A stretch of 64,000 nt of DNA from Ignavibacteriota bacterium. Its GTDB lineage: Bacteria; Bacteroidota; Ignavibacteria; UBA10030; UBA6906. Under the pieces are notes generated by a model. That model worked only from the letters and a program-made list of their open reading frames with translations, was not told the DNA's origin and did not search any database. The translations under genes and the position numbers were made by a program. Below are positions 10,139 through 18,407 of the stretch, in pieces. Numbering within the stretch: the stretch's first letter is position 1; every line of letters begins with the position of its first letter. The stretch covers positions 175,278-239,277 of the forward strand of contig CAWESL010000005.1 of the NCBI GenBank assembly GCA_963811705.1, in the 5' to 3' direction.

Positions 10139-10921
10139 CTACCATTCGTTGGTTTTGTGGAGGAGGAAGTTTCCTATCCCCTGCCTGCAATCCGGCGTCA
10201 TCCTCGCCGCCGCATTCACGTTCGCAGCAAAATCCAACGCATCCACGAGGTTCAGGCCTTCGAGCTTTGCGATCAGTTCCTTGGTCAACGCCAGCGATGT
10301 CCCGCTGTTCTCAGTGCAAAGCGCGTCAGCCAATGACTGCGCGACCGTTTGCAGAGCGTCGTCGGGGATGACTTCGCTGACCAGGCCGATGGCATGCGCC
10401 TCGCGGGCGCTCAGCGCATTCGCGCGCAAGGTCAGTTCGCGCGCACGCCCTTCGCCGACACGACGGATCAGGAACGGCATGACCACCGCGGGCACGAAAC
10501 CGATATGCGCTTCGGTGTATCCAAACTCTGCGCGCTTCTCCCCCGCAAGGATAAAATCGCATACGGTCGCAAGACCACACCCTCCTGCGAGTGCAGGACC
10601 CTGCACGACGGCAATCACGGGTTTGCGCAATTCATAAACCGTCCTGAACAGCGTTGCGAGTTTTCCGGAGTCTTCACGGTTCGCTTCGAGCGATTGATCG
10701 GCAATGCGCTGGAGATACTCGAGATCGGCGCCGGCGCAAAATGCCGGACCTTTGGCATCGAGGAGAATGACTCTCACCGAGGGTTCCCGGGCGGCCGCGA
10801 GAAAAACGGTCGTCAGCTCGGCGATGGAGGATTCGTCCAGAGCATTGCGCTTCTCGGGGCGGTTGAGCGTGATTATTGCCTTACGCCCTTCCTGACGGTA
10901 AAGGAGACGTGTGGAATTCAT
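10139..10921 (-). CDS. Enoyl-CoA hydratase/isomerase (crotonase) family protein
   Basis: 260 aa; crotonase oxyanion-hole motifs (GPAFCAGADL…, VQGPALAGGCGLA). Confidence 0.85.
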   Translation of the reverse strand: MNSTRLLYRQEGRKAIITLNRPEKRNALDESSIAELTTVFLAAAREPSVRVILLDAKGPAFCAGADLEYLQRIADQSLEANREDSGKLATLFRTVYELRKPVIAVVQGPALAGGCGLATVCDFILAGEKRAEFGYTEAHIGFVPAVVMPFLIRRVGEGRARELTLRANALSAREAHAIGLVSEVIPDDALQTVAQSLADALCTENSGTSLALTKELIAKLEGLNLVDALDFAANVNAAARMTPDCRQGIGNFLLHKTNEW

Positions 10922-10980
10922 GGAGGAAAATAGCGATAAAACAGTGGAGAATCAACGAATTTCGTCAACAATCACGACTG

Positions 10981-11024
10981 ACGAAAAACGAACGCTCCTG
11001 CCATTAGACTGAAATGGCAGGAGC
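10981..11024 (-). terminator. Rho-independent terminator downstream of glnA
   Basis: Perfect 11-bp stem GCTCCTGCCAT/ATGGCAGGAGC (10994-11004 / 11014-11024) with 9-nt loop, followed on the minus strand by GTTCGTTTTTCGT. Confidence 0.6.
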
Positions 11025-11068
11025 GCAAGAATGAACAGGCGAGATTTTCGTCGTACGAAAGCGAAAGT

Positions 11069-12502
11069 TTAGACGTCGTAGTAGAGACCGAATTCATACG
11101 GATGCGGCCTGAGCGCCATGGGCTTCACTTCCTTGTCCATCTTGTACGAAATCCACGCATCAATGACTTCTTCACTGAAGACACCGCCGCGAATGAGGAA
11201 ATCGTGATCGGCTTCCAGCGCGTGGAGGGCCTCTTCCAATGAGCCGGGTGTCGAAGGAACCTTGCTCAGCTCTTCGGGACCGAGTTCATAGATGTCCTTG
11301 TCAAGCGGGTCGCCTGGATCGATCTTGTTCATGATCCCATCCAGACCGGCCATCAGGAGCGCGCCGAATGCCAGGTACGGGTTGCACGCCGGATCCGGGC
11401 ACCGGAATTCAAGGCGCTTGGCCTTGGGATTGTTTGAGTACATGGGGATGCGAACGGATGCGCTCCTGTTCCTCTGGGAATACGCGAGATTGACAGGCGC
11501 TTCGAACCCGGGGACCAGGCGTTTGTACGAATTCGTCGTCGGATTCGTGATGGCACAGAGTGCGGGAGCGTGCTTGAGAAGGCCACCGATGTAGTACAAG
11601 GCGATGTCGCTCAGATTTGCGTACCCGTTTCCATAGAACAGCGGCTTCCCGTTTTTCCAGAGACTCTGGTGAACGTGCATGCCGGACCCGTTGTCACCGA
11701 ACAGGGGCTTCGGCATGAAGGTCACGGTCTTTCCGCGCTGGTGCGCGGTGTTTTTAATGATGTATTTAAAGAGCAAAAGGTTGTCCGCGCATTTGAGCAG
11801 CGGAACGAACCGCATGTCGATTTCCGATTGACCGGCAGTCGCAACTTCGTGGTGCTGCGCTTCGATGTCGATGCCTCCCGCGATCAGATTCTGGGTCATC
11901 TCGTTCCGAAGATCGTTCAAATGATCGGAGGGAGGCGCGGGAAAATATCCTTCCTTGTAACGGGGCTTGTACCCGAGGTTGGGCATCTCATCCCGGCCCG
12001 AATTCCAACGACCTTCAATGGAATCCAGGTAGAAGAAGCTGCTGTGCTCGTTGGTGTCAAAGCGTACATCATCAAAAATGAAGAACTCCGCTTCCGGTCC
12101 GAAAAACGCCGTGTCGGCAATTCCTGTCGACTTCAGGTAGGCCTCCGCCTTGTGCGCGATTGAGCGCGGGTCACGCTCATATCCTTCCCCTGTCAACGGG
12201 TCCCGGATGTCGCAGATCATGCTCAAGGTCTTGACCTCGACGAACTGATCGATAAACGCGGTGGAGGGGTCAGGGAGAATCAGCATGTCGCTTTCATTGA
12301 TGACTTTCCACCCCCGAATGCTCGATCCATCGAACCCAAATCCATGATCAAACGAGCTCTCTTCGAGTTGGGTTACCGGGACGGAAAAATGCTGCCAGAG
12401 TCCCGGCAGATCGACGAATTTGAAATCGATCATTTTCACGCCGTTGTCTTTGATCATTTTGAAGACCTGACTGACGGCACTGCTGCCCGCCTTTTTCGCC
12501 AT
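11069..12502 (-). CDS. glnA: Glutamine synthetase, type I
   Basis: Near-colinear to E. coli GlnA from memory (…KFVDL…FDGSSI…, ATP-binding [41 protein letters not shown], adenylylation-loop region). Start taken at MAKKAG… (12502) rather than upstream ATG at 12610. Confidence 0.9.
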   Translation of the reverse strand: MAKKAGSSAVSQVFKMIKDNGVKMIDFKFVDLPGLWQHFSVPVTQLEESSFDHGFGFDGSSIRGWKVINESDMLILPDPSTAFIDQFVEVKTLSMICDIRDPLTGEGYERDPRSIAHKAEAYLKSTGIADTAFFGPEAEFFIFDDVRFDTNEHSSFFYLDSIEGRWNSGRDEMPNLGYKPRYKEGYFPAPPSDHLNDLRNEMTQNLIAGGIDIEAQHHEVATAGQSEIDMRFVPLLKCADNLLLFKYIIKNTAHQRGKTVTFMPKPLFGDNGSGMHVHQSLWKNGKPLFYGNGYANLSDIALYYIGGLLKHAPALCAITNPTTNSYKRLVPGFEAPVNLAYSQRNRSASVRIPMYSNNPKAKRLEFRCPDPACNPYLAFGALLMAGLDGIMNKIDPGDPLDKDIYELGPEELSKVPSTPGSLEEALHALEADHDFLIRGGVFSEEVIDAWISYKMDKEVKPMALRPHPYEFGLYYDV

Positions 12503-12551
12503 TGCTTCGTCCTTAATGTTGTGAAAGTGAGTTTGGAGGAGTCTCGAATAT

Positions 12552-13010
12552 TTACTTTGTCGGTTCAAGCTTGAGCCGGAGCGTTTCCTTCGCGGTCGAG
12601 AGTACGACATTCGTCCGGGTGCTCAGAACGCCCGGCCAGGTCTGCACTTTCGCAAGCAGCTTCTCCAGCGATGCCGTGTTGTGCGTACGGACTTTCAGCA
12701 GGTGGCTTCCCTCTCCCGTAATTGCATGGCACTCGAGGATTTCATCGGACGCGGCGGCGTGTTCGAGAAACTGATGGTAGTGACGCGATGTATCCATCGT
12801 AACAAAAATAAACGCCGTGATATCGCGGCCGACCTTCTTCGGGTCAACCGTGGCGAAATAGCCCCTGATGATCCCTGCCTCCTCAAGCTTGCGCAAGCGC
12901 TCGCTGACCGAGGGGAGCGACAGTCCGACCGCCTCGGCCAGGTCATTCCGCCGGGTCCTCCCCTTTTGTTGTAACATTTCCAGAATCTTGACATCGATGT
13001 CGTCGAGCAT
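12552..13010 (-). CDS. Lrp/AsnC family transcriptional regulator
   Basis: 152 aa; N-terminal HTH ([45 protein letters not shown]) and C-terminal RAM domain. Confidence 0.9.
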   Translation of the reverse strand: MLDDIDVKILEMLQQKGRTRRNDLAEAVGLSLPSVSERLRKLEEAGIIRGYFATVDPKKVGRDITAFIFVTMDTSRHYHQFLEHAAASDEILECHAITGEGSHLLKVRTHNTASLEKLLAKVQTWPGVLSTRTNVVLSTAKETLRLKLEPTK

Positions 13011-13128
13011 GGGAAAAATGGAGGCGGCGCCAGCGGCGCCTTAATTTGTTAGGAATCTATGGTCTTGTACTTAACAAAATAAGGCGATTAGTGGCGCGAG
13101 TCAAGGGGAGGAGAAAATTTATTTTCGC

Positions 13129-13158
13129 GGGAACATTGGCCTTCCAGGCCATGTTCCC
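13129..13158. promoter_or_regulatory. Inverted repeat GGGAACAT(T)GGCC-ttcca-GGCCATGTTCCC in divergent intergenic region
   Basis: 12/13-nt arms with 5-nt spacer between divergent Lrp/AsnC (-) and 13200 (+) starts, so not a terminator; AT-rich palindrome GAAAATttATTTTC at 13112-13125 just upstream. Confidence 0.45.
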
Positions 13159-13199
13159 AAGACCGTCCCCGTAGGAACCACCATTCAGAGGAGGTCCGC

Positions 13200-13496
13200 A
13201 TGTACATCACGCGAGAGGTCTTTCACTGCAAACCCGGCCATGCGAAGGATGTCGTGGCCATGTTCAAGAAAGCCGCCCCGGTTTTCAAGGAAATGGGCAT
13301 GGGAGAGGTGACAATTCTGACCGATGTCAGCGGTCAACCGTACTGGACTGTGGTCGTCGAGCAGGAGGTGAAAAGTCTTGATGAGTTCGCTGATTCGACG
13401 CGGAAAACGATGTCCGACCCGCGCATCTCCGAGCTCTTCAGCGGCTATCACGATCATGTCCTCGGGGGGACGCGCGAACTCTATAAGCGGGAGTGA
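13200..13496 (+). CDS. Hypothetical 98-aa protein (possible small alpha/beta-barrel fold)
   Basis: Strong SD AGGAGG 7 nt upstream; no confident family. Confidence 0.5.
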   Translation: MYITREVFHCKPGHAKDVVAMFKKAAPVFKEMGMGEVTILTDVSGQPYWTVVVEQEVKSLDEFADSTRKTMSDPRISELFSGYHDHVLGGTRELYKRE

Positions 13497-13591
13497 TGGC
13501 GGCACGGCAATCCTGAACAAGACCTCCCGGGAAAGCAGCGTCGATCCCTCGGATCGAAACGCTGCCCGATTCCCGGGAGTCAAGACCGGGC

Positions 13592-14464
13592 TCAGTCGTC
13601 AGGATGACCGTCATGATTCCTGTCGTTCCCGCAACGGCCGCTTCCGAAGGCGTTGCGAATTGCCTGGTTAATCCGCACGTGATTGAGGAACGATGTGTCG
13701 GTCGGGTCAAGGAACGTTCCGGTGACGGGATCCTTGAACAGGAGGCTGACGTTGAAATTGAAAGCAAGGGTGACGGAAGAGATCGCCTGAGGAACCACGA
13801 ACGTGCCCGGGATATTGACCGAGAGCTCGAGGTCCGAATGGAACACGAACGGGGTCCACGTCCCATTCTTCATTGCCGCGCCCCAGATGACGACACTCGA
13901 CCCAACGACCGACGAATCCATCGGATCAATCACAACCTGCCGCTGATCGTCGCTGTCGAATCCATCGTCCCCCGCGTGCATGCGGTGAATGATGAACGAG
14001 ATGTCATCATACGTTCCGGCGGGAATGCTCTGACTCGCGAAATCGACTGATACGGTATCGCGGATATGGACGATAAAGGGTCCGTTCAATGTCACATCGT
14101 TGCTGTCCCCCCCATTGAAGATACCGTCTTCGTGTCCGTCGCCGCCATGACCATGGCCATCGCCATCTCCTCCCATTTGCCCGATGTTCACGCTGTCCGC
14201 GGCATTGTGGAGATGAATCTTCTCAATAACAACATCGATACTGTCGATACGTATGGAATCGGCAAACGCCGTACCGCCCGTTTTCATCAAAGAGACACCT
14301 GCTGTCGAGCGGCTGAATGACATAGCCAGATGAACCTGCGCGCCGGAACCGAAGCTCGCTCCGACGGGGTTATCTGCAGTTTTTGTGCATCCAACGAATG
14401 TAAAGAGCAGGCCGAGACACACTCCTGCAATTGCCGCCAATGGCTGGTTGATAAGCCGTGCCAT
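13592..14464 (-). CDS. Lipoprotein with His/Gly/Asp-rich segment (DUF4382-like)
   Basis: Lipobox-like LFTFVGC after signal peptide; GGDGDGHGHGGDGHEDG repeat. Confidence 0.55.
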   Translation of the reverse strand: MARLINQPLAAIAGVCLGLLFTFVGCTKTADNPVGASFGSGAQVHLAMSFSRSTAGVSLMKTGGTAFADSIRIDSIDVVIEKIHLHNAADSVNIGQMGGDGDGHGHGGDGHEDGIFNGGDSNDVTLNGPFIVHIRDTVSVDFASQSIPAGTYDDISFIIHRMHAGDDGFDSDDQRQVVIDPMDSSVVGSSVVIWGAAMKNGTWTPFVFHSDLELSVNIPGTFVVPQAISSVTLAFNFNVSLLFKDPVTGTFLDPTDTSFLNHVRINQAIRNAFGSGRCGNDRNHDGHPDD

Positions 14465-14592
14465 AACGATCCCCCCCGGTTTGATGAACGATGCGTAAAT
14501 CGACCAATGACAGAGAACTTTGATGTATTAGTAACAATCTACGCATTGGATTCGTTGCAGGCATCTCGGGGAAAAGCAGGGACAAAAGCCTC

Positions 14593-16560
14593 TCACCGCG
14601 ATGATGACCAACGATTATTTGCCGGATCGATGTCCGGAAGACGTTCCTCAGGGTCGATGATCACAGAAATGATGCGACTTGTCGAACCCGCCTGGAATGT
14701 ATAGTCCCCTGATCGTTCCCAGATCTCCACGGGGAGGTGGACCATCGTCGAACGTCCGTTCGCTTCGTCAATGCGGATGGTCACCGGCATGACCAACTGA
14801 CCGAGGTTTTTGATTGTCACGAGAGCACCTTTTGCAGAGTCGCCCTGCACATAGCTCACTTCGGAGACGGCCTGGTCCAGATTCCACTTTTCGATAAACC
14901 ACCCCTTCCAGAACCAATCGAGGTTTTCGCCTGCGGCGTTGTTCATCGTGCGGAAGAAATCCATCGGCGAGGGGTGCTTGTACGCCCATCGGCGGATATA
15001 GGTTCGAAAGGCGTAATCAAATCTGTCCTTGCCAAGGATATCCTCTCGCAGCAGGACCAGTCCCAAAGCGGCCTTGTAATACTCGAGCGTGTGGACATAC
15101 TTCCCCGGAATCGCGTCGGCAAACGTGACAACCGGTTGGGAATCCGCGCTCAGCAGATAGGGAACGATCTCGCGGGCCGGGTTTCCACCTTTCGGCGCGT
15201 ACTCGTTGTCGCGCTTCGGCGCAAACTCCCCGCCGTTGAATTCGGCAGTCGCGGAGATGTCGATGAACGTGTTGAACCCTTCGTCCATCCAGGCATTCAC
15301 ACGTTCATTCGATCCCACGATCATGGGAAACCACTCATGGCCGAACTCATGATTCGCCACGATCCACATCCCTTTTCGCGAAGCTTTCCAGCTCCCAAAG
15401 ATGACGCCCGGGTACTCCATACCTCCAACGGGTCCTCCCACTGCCGTTGCCTCCCCATAAGGATAGGGAAACCAGTCGCGAGAGAAGATCTCGACACTGT
15501 GCTTCACATACTGCGTGCAGCGCTTCCATGTCGTATCCAATGCGCTCTCCACGGGGTAGACTGCCATGGCGAGAGCGCTCTTCCCTTCCGGCAAGTTGAT
15601 CCTGGCAGCATCCCAGAGGAAGGAAGTGGAGGAAGCCCAGACAACGTCCCTCGCATTCTGCATCCGAAAATGCCACGTGCGCATTTGCCCGCTGACACGT
15701 TCTCCGGCGGAACGCGTGACATCATCAAGGCCGCGCACCGTTACCGTTGAATCACTCTTGCGGGCTCTGGCGAGTCTCTGCAGCTCGGTTCGTGTGAGGA
15801 CACTTGAGGCGTTCACCAGTTGTCCTGAACCCACGACGAGCTGGTTGGCGGGGACGGTCACACGATAGTCGAAATCTCCATACTCACAATAGAACTCCCC
15901 CGGCCCAAGGAATGGGAGAACGTTCCACCCTGCAAGGTCGTCGTAGACCTCCATGCGAGGATACCATTGTGCGATATCGTAAATCGTCCCGTTTTTCGTC
16001 GCGAGCAATCCCGTGCGCGCCAGACCCGCAGGGGGGATCGGGAAAGAGTAGACGATTACCACGGTCAATTTCCCACCGTGCGCGCCAAGGGGAACCGGCA
16101 AGCGGACCTGCATGCGCGTGTCGTCAACGATGTATTCCGGTTTTGACTTCTTCCCGTTCCGGATCAGTTCAACACTTTCAATCGCAAAACCCCCGTTGAA
16201 TTGCGGAGGACTCAGCGAGAGTTTGGCCCCGCGCGAGACTCTCCGCAGTTGGTTCTGGTCAAGAGCCACCCAGAGGTAGGAAAGTTGGTCCGGGCTGTTG
16301 TTCGTGTAGGCGATACGAACAGTTCCTGCAATCGTATTCGATGCAACATCGAGACGTGCATCGATCCTGTAGTCGGCCCGGTTTTGCCAGTACAACGGTC
16401 CTGGTTCGCCGTTGCTGCTTCGGTAGGGGCTTTTTGATTGACTGTCGAACAGCGGATCGAAGGCCCTGTGGGGGTCGTAGCCACTTTGTGAATAGGCTGG
16501 GGAGGCGGTACCCAGGACCAACCAAGCAACGATTGCGGAGATTGCCGGCAGCGGTTTCAT
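14593..16560 (-). CDS. Secreted M1 family aminopeptidase (aminopeptidase N-like)
   Basis: HEXXH-18-E zinc motif VANHEFGHEWFPMIVGSNERVNAWMDEGFNTF; GxMEN-like GGMEYPG; signal peptide begins at MKPLPAIS (start set to 16560). Confidence 0.8.
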   Translation of the reverse strand: MKPLPAISAIVAWLVLGTASPAYSQSGYDPHRAFDPLFDSQSKSPYRSSNGEPGPLYWQNRADYRIDARLDVASNTIAGTVRIAYTNNSPDQLSYLWVALDQNQLRRVSRGAKLSLSPPQFNGGFAIESVELIRNGKKSKPEYIVDDTRMQVRLPVPLGAHGGKLTVVIVYSFPIPPAGLARTGLLATKNGTIYDIAQWYPRMEVYDDLAGWNVLPFLGPGEFYCEYGDFDYRVTVPANQLVVGSGQLVNASSVLTRTELQRLARARKSDSTVTVRGLDDVTRSAGERVSGQMRTWHFRMQNARDVVWASSTSFLWDAARINLPEGKSALAMAVYPVESALDTTWKRCTQYVKHSVEIFSRDWFPYPYGEATAVGGPVGGMEYPGVIFGSWKASRKGMWIVANHEFGHEWFPMIVGSNERVNAWMDEGFNTFIDISATAEFNGGEFAPKRDNEYAPKGGNPAREIVPYLLSADSQPVVTFADAIPGKYVHTLEYYKAALGLVLLREDILGKDRFDYAFRTYIRRWAYKHPSPMDFFRTMNNAAGENLDWFWKGWFIEKWNLDQAVSEVSYVQGDSAKGALVTIKNLGQLVMPVTIRIDEANGRSTMVHLPVEIWERSGDYTFQAGSTSRIISVIIDPEERLPDIDPANNRWSSSR

Positions 16561-16755
16561 CGGAACGTCCCATGGAATAGTGACATTGTCTGGAGTGAAG
16601 CGCTCATCGGGGTTCATACATCTACGCAATCGGCGGGAAAACAGCAATGGGATGCGCGATAACGGCTATCGGCACAATTCCAACGTTCAACGCGGGGCGA
16701 CGCGCTCGGCCGTCCCCGCGCAGAACGAGAGCGGAATTGGTGCGCTCCTCAGCGG

Positions 16756-17541
16756 TTACAGGAAACGTTGCTCCAATTCCAGCGCTCGCGGAAAGAGGAT
16801 GTTGTTTTCGAGGTGCACGTGCGTATGCAGATCCCGTTCAAACTCCTGGAGTTCCTGCAAACTTACGCGGTACGTCGTACATGCGTCTGCCGGGGGCTGA
16901 TATTCCCGCGTTGCATTTCGGATTGCTGCCGCAAGGTCTCCGGCGGATTCGTGCTCGGTTTCCATCATCCGGATCGGATTTGCCGCCGAGCCGAACGGTG
17001 CCCGGACAAACGGCGCCTCGCTCCTCGCTGCCATGCCCAACATCGCCAGATACGGGAACAGCACCCTCTCCTCTTTCATCATGTGGGAAGCAAGATCCGT
17101 CGCGATCTTCTGGAAATCGTTTGCGACGCCAAGAAGTTCCGGGTGATTTTTCTCGTGGACGGACGCGATCTTTTTGGTATGGGCCAGCAATGCAGGCGTG
17201 ACCCTGCGGACATAGGCGTGATGCCGTTCGATGATGTGCGCGACCAGCTCATCGATGTCCATGACGTCGAATTTCCCCTTCTGTGCCTGCGCCATCGACT
17301 CCAAAAGGGCGATTTCGGATTCGACCCGCTGCAGTGGAACTCCCTGTTCTTCGCAGGCAGTGCTGAGCGGGACATTTCCGTGACAGCAGAAATCGATCCC
17401 GTATTTTTCAAAGACAGACGCGGTACGGAAGTCCTGAATCACAATCGACCGCACAGTGGGCTCGACAATGGTCTCCATCGTGTTCTCCATATTTGTTCCA
17501 TTATGATTTATTTCAGAGTGCTTTGTCTTAAATACCTTCAA
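16756..17541 (-). CDS. ric: Iron-sulfur cluster repair di-iron protein (RIC/ScdA/YtfE family)
   Basis: N-terminal ScdA_N motif FEKYGIDFCCHG; hemerythrin-like H/E motifs; start may be one of several Mets at 17541-17480. Confidence 0.8.
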   Translation of the reverse strand: MKVFKTKHSEINHNGTNMENTMETIVEPTVRSIVIQDFRTASVFEKYGIDFCCHGNVPLSTACEEQGVPLQRVESEIALLESMAQAQKGKFDVMDIDELVAHIIERHHAYVRRVTPALLAHTKKIASVHEKNHPELLGVANDFQKIATDLASHMMKEERVLFPYLAMLGMAARSEAPFVRAPFGSAANPIRMMETEHESAGDLAAAIRNATREYQPPADACTTYRVSLQELQEFERDLHTHVHLENNILFPRALELEQRFL

Positions 17542-17546
17542 AAAAA

Positions 17547-18167
17547 CTACCGCAGCGTGATCTTCCCGTCCTGATCGATTTGGAGAAGTCCCTTGTGCTC
17601 CATCCCCTTGACGGCGCGAATGACCGTTTCGACGCGAAGCCCGGACATGTCCGCAATTTGCTGCCGGCTGAATGGGACCGCGAACCCTTCTGCCCGGTTC
17701 TGCTCTCTCTGCCGGAAATATGTCAGGAGGGTCGTGATCCGGTGCTCCGCCTCCTCCACCGCCAGCTCGGAGAGCATCATCGATTTATATTCCAGTCGTT
17801 TCGAAAGCGATTCTGTGATCGAAAGATGGACGGAGAAGTTCCTTTTCAGAAGGTCGAGAAAATTCGCCCGCGTTAACTTCCACAGTTCACTCTCCTCAAC
17901 CGCAACGGCTGATGCCGGGTAGGAAGTTCTTGTAAAGAACGGAGGCTCTCCGAAGCTTGCTCCCGCCTCGAAATAGCCCTGGACGAACTCTTTCCCTTCT
18001 TCGTTCATGCTCACCATCTTGACCCTGCCCCGTTTCACGATGAAAAATGCAGTCCCGGTTTCCCCCTGGCGAAAGATCGTCTCCCCTTTGGCGAACGGAA
18101 CCACCTTGCCGCGATGCCTCCTGAGGAGCACCTCGGGAATCGCCATTCTTCCTTCTCGTGACTTCAT
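17547..18167 (-). CDS. Crp/Fnr family transcriptional regulator
   Basis: 206 aa; cNMP-binding-like domain plus C-terminal HTH (RQQIADMSGLRVETVIRAVKGMEHKGLL); stop 5 nt upstream of ric start. Confidence 0.9.
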   Translation of the reverse strand: MKSREGRMAIPEVLLRRHRGKVVPFAKGETIFRQGETGTAFFIVKRGRVKMVSMNEEGKEFVQGYFEAGASFGEPPFFTRTSYPASAVAVEESELWKLTRANFLDLLKRNFSVHLSITESLSKRLEYKSMMLSELAVEEAEHRITTLLTYFRQREQNRAEGFAVPFSRQQIADMSGLRVETVIRAVKGMEHKGLLQIDQDGKITLR

Positions 18168-18185
18168 GATACGATAGTCCGGGGG

Positions 18186-18197
18186 GAATTACTTATG
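18186..18197. promoter_or_regulatory. FNR/CRP-type box (TGAT-N4-ATCA) in 5-prime region of crp/fnr-family gene
   Basis: aTGATgtagATCAt, 19-30 nt upstream of the regulator start codon. Confidence 0.4.
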
Positions 18198-18407
18198 ATG
18201 TAGATCATACGGGCGGAAAGTGGCACGTTAGTCGGGCACAGACTCCCCTTCATCGTTCCTTAAGCAGGACAAGGAGGGCCTTTGCATTATTGAACTCTTC
18301 TTCCTTTGAGGAAAATAACAGAGTCACCGTTTTCCCCTTTCCCATTCCCCGGCAGGCTCATACACTCGCTTCCCTCGTATGGCCACTTCCTTCTCCAACA
18401 GTAGAGG

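Noticed and set aside
18221-18240. Sigma-54 promoter at GTGGCACGTTAGTCGGGCA
   Set aside because: TGGCAC is present but there is no GC dinucleotide at the correct -12 spacing.
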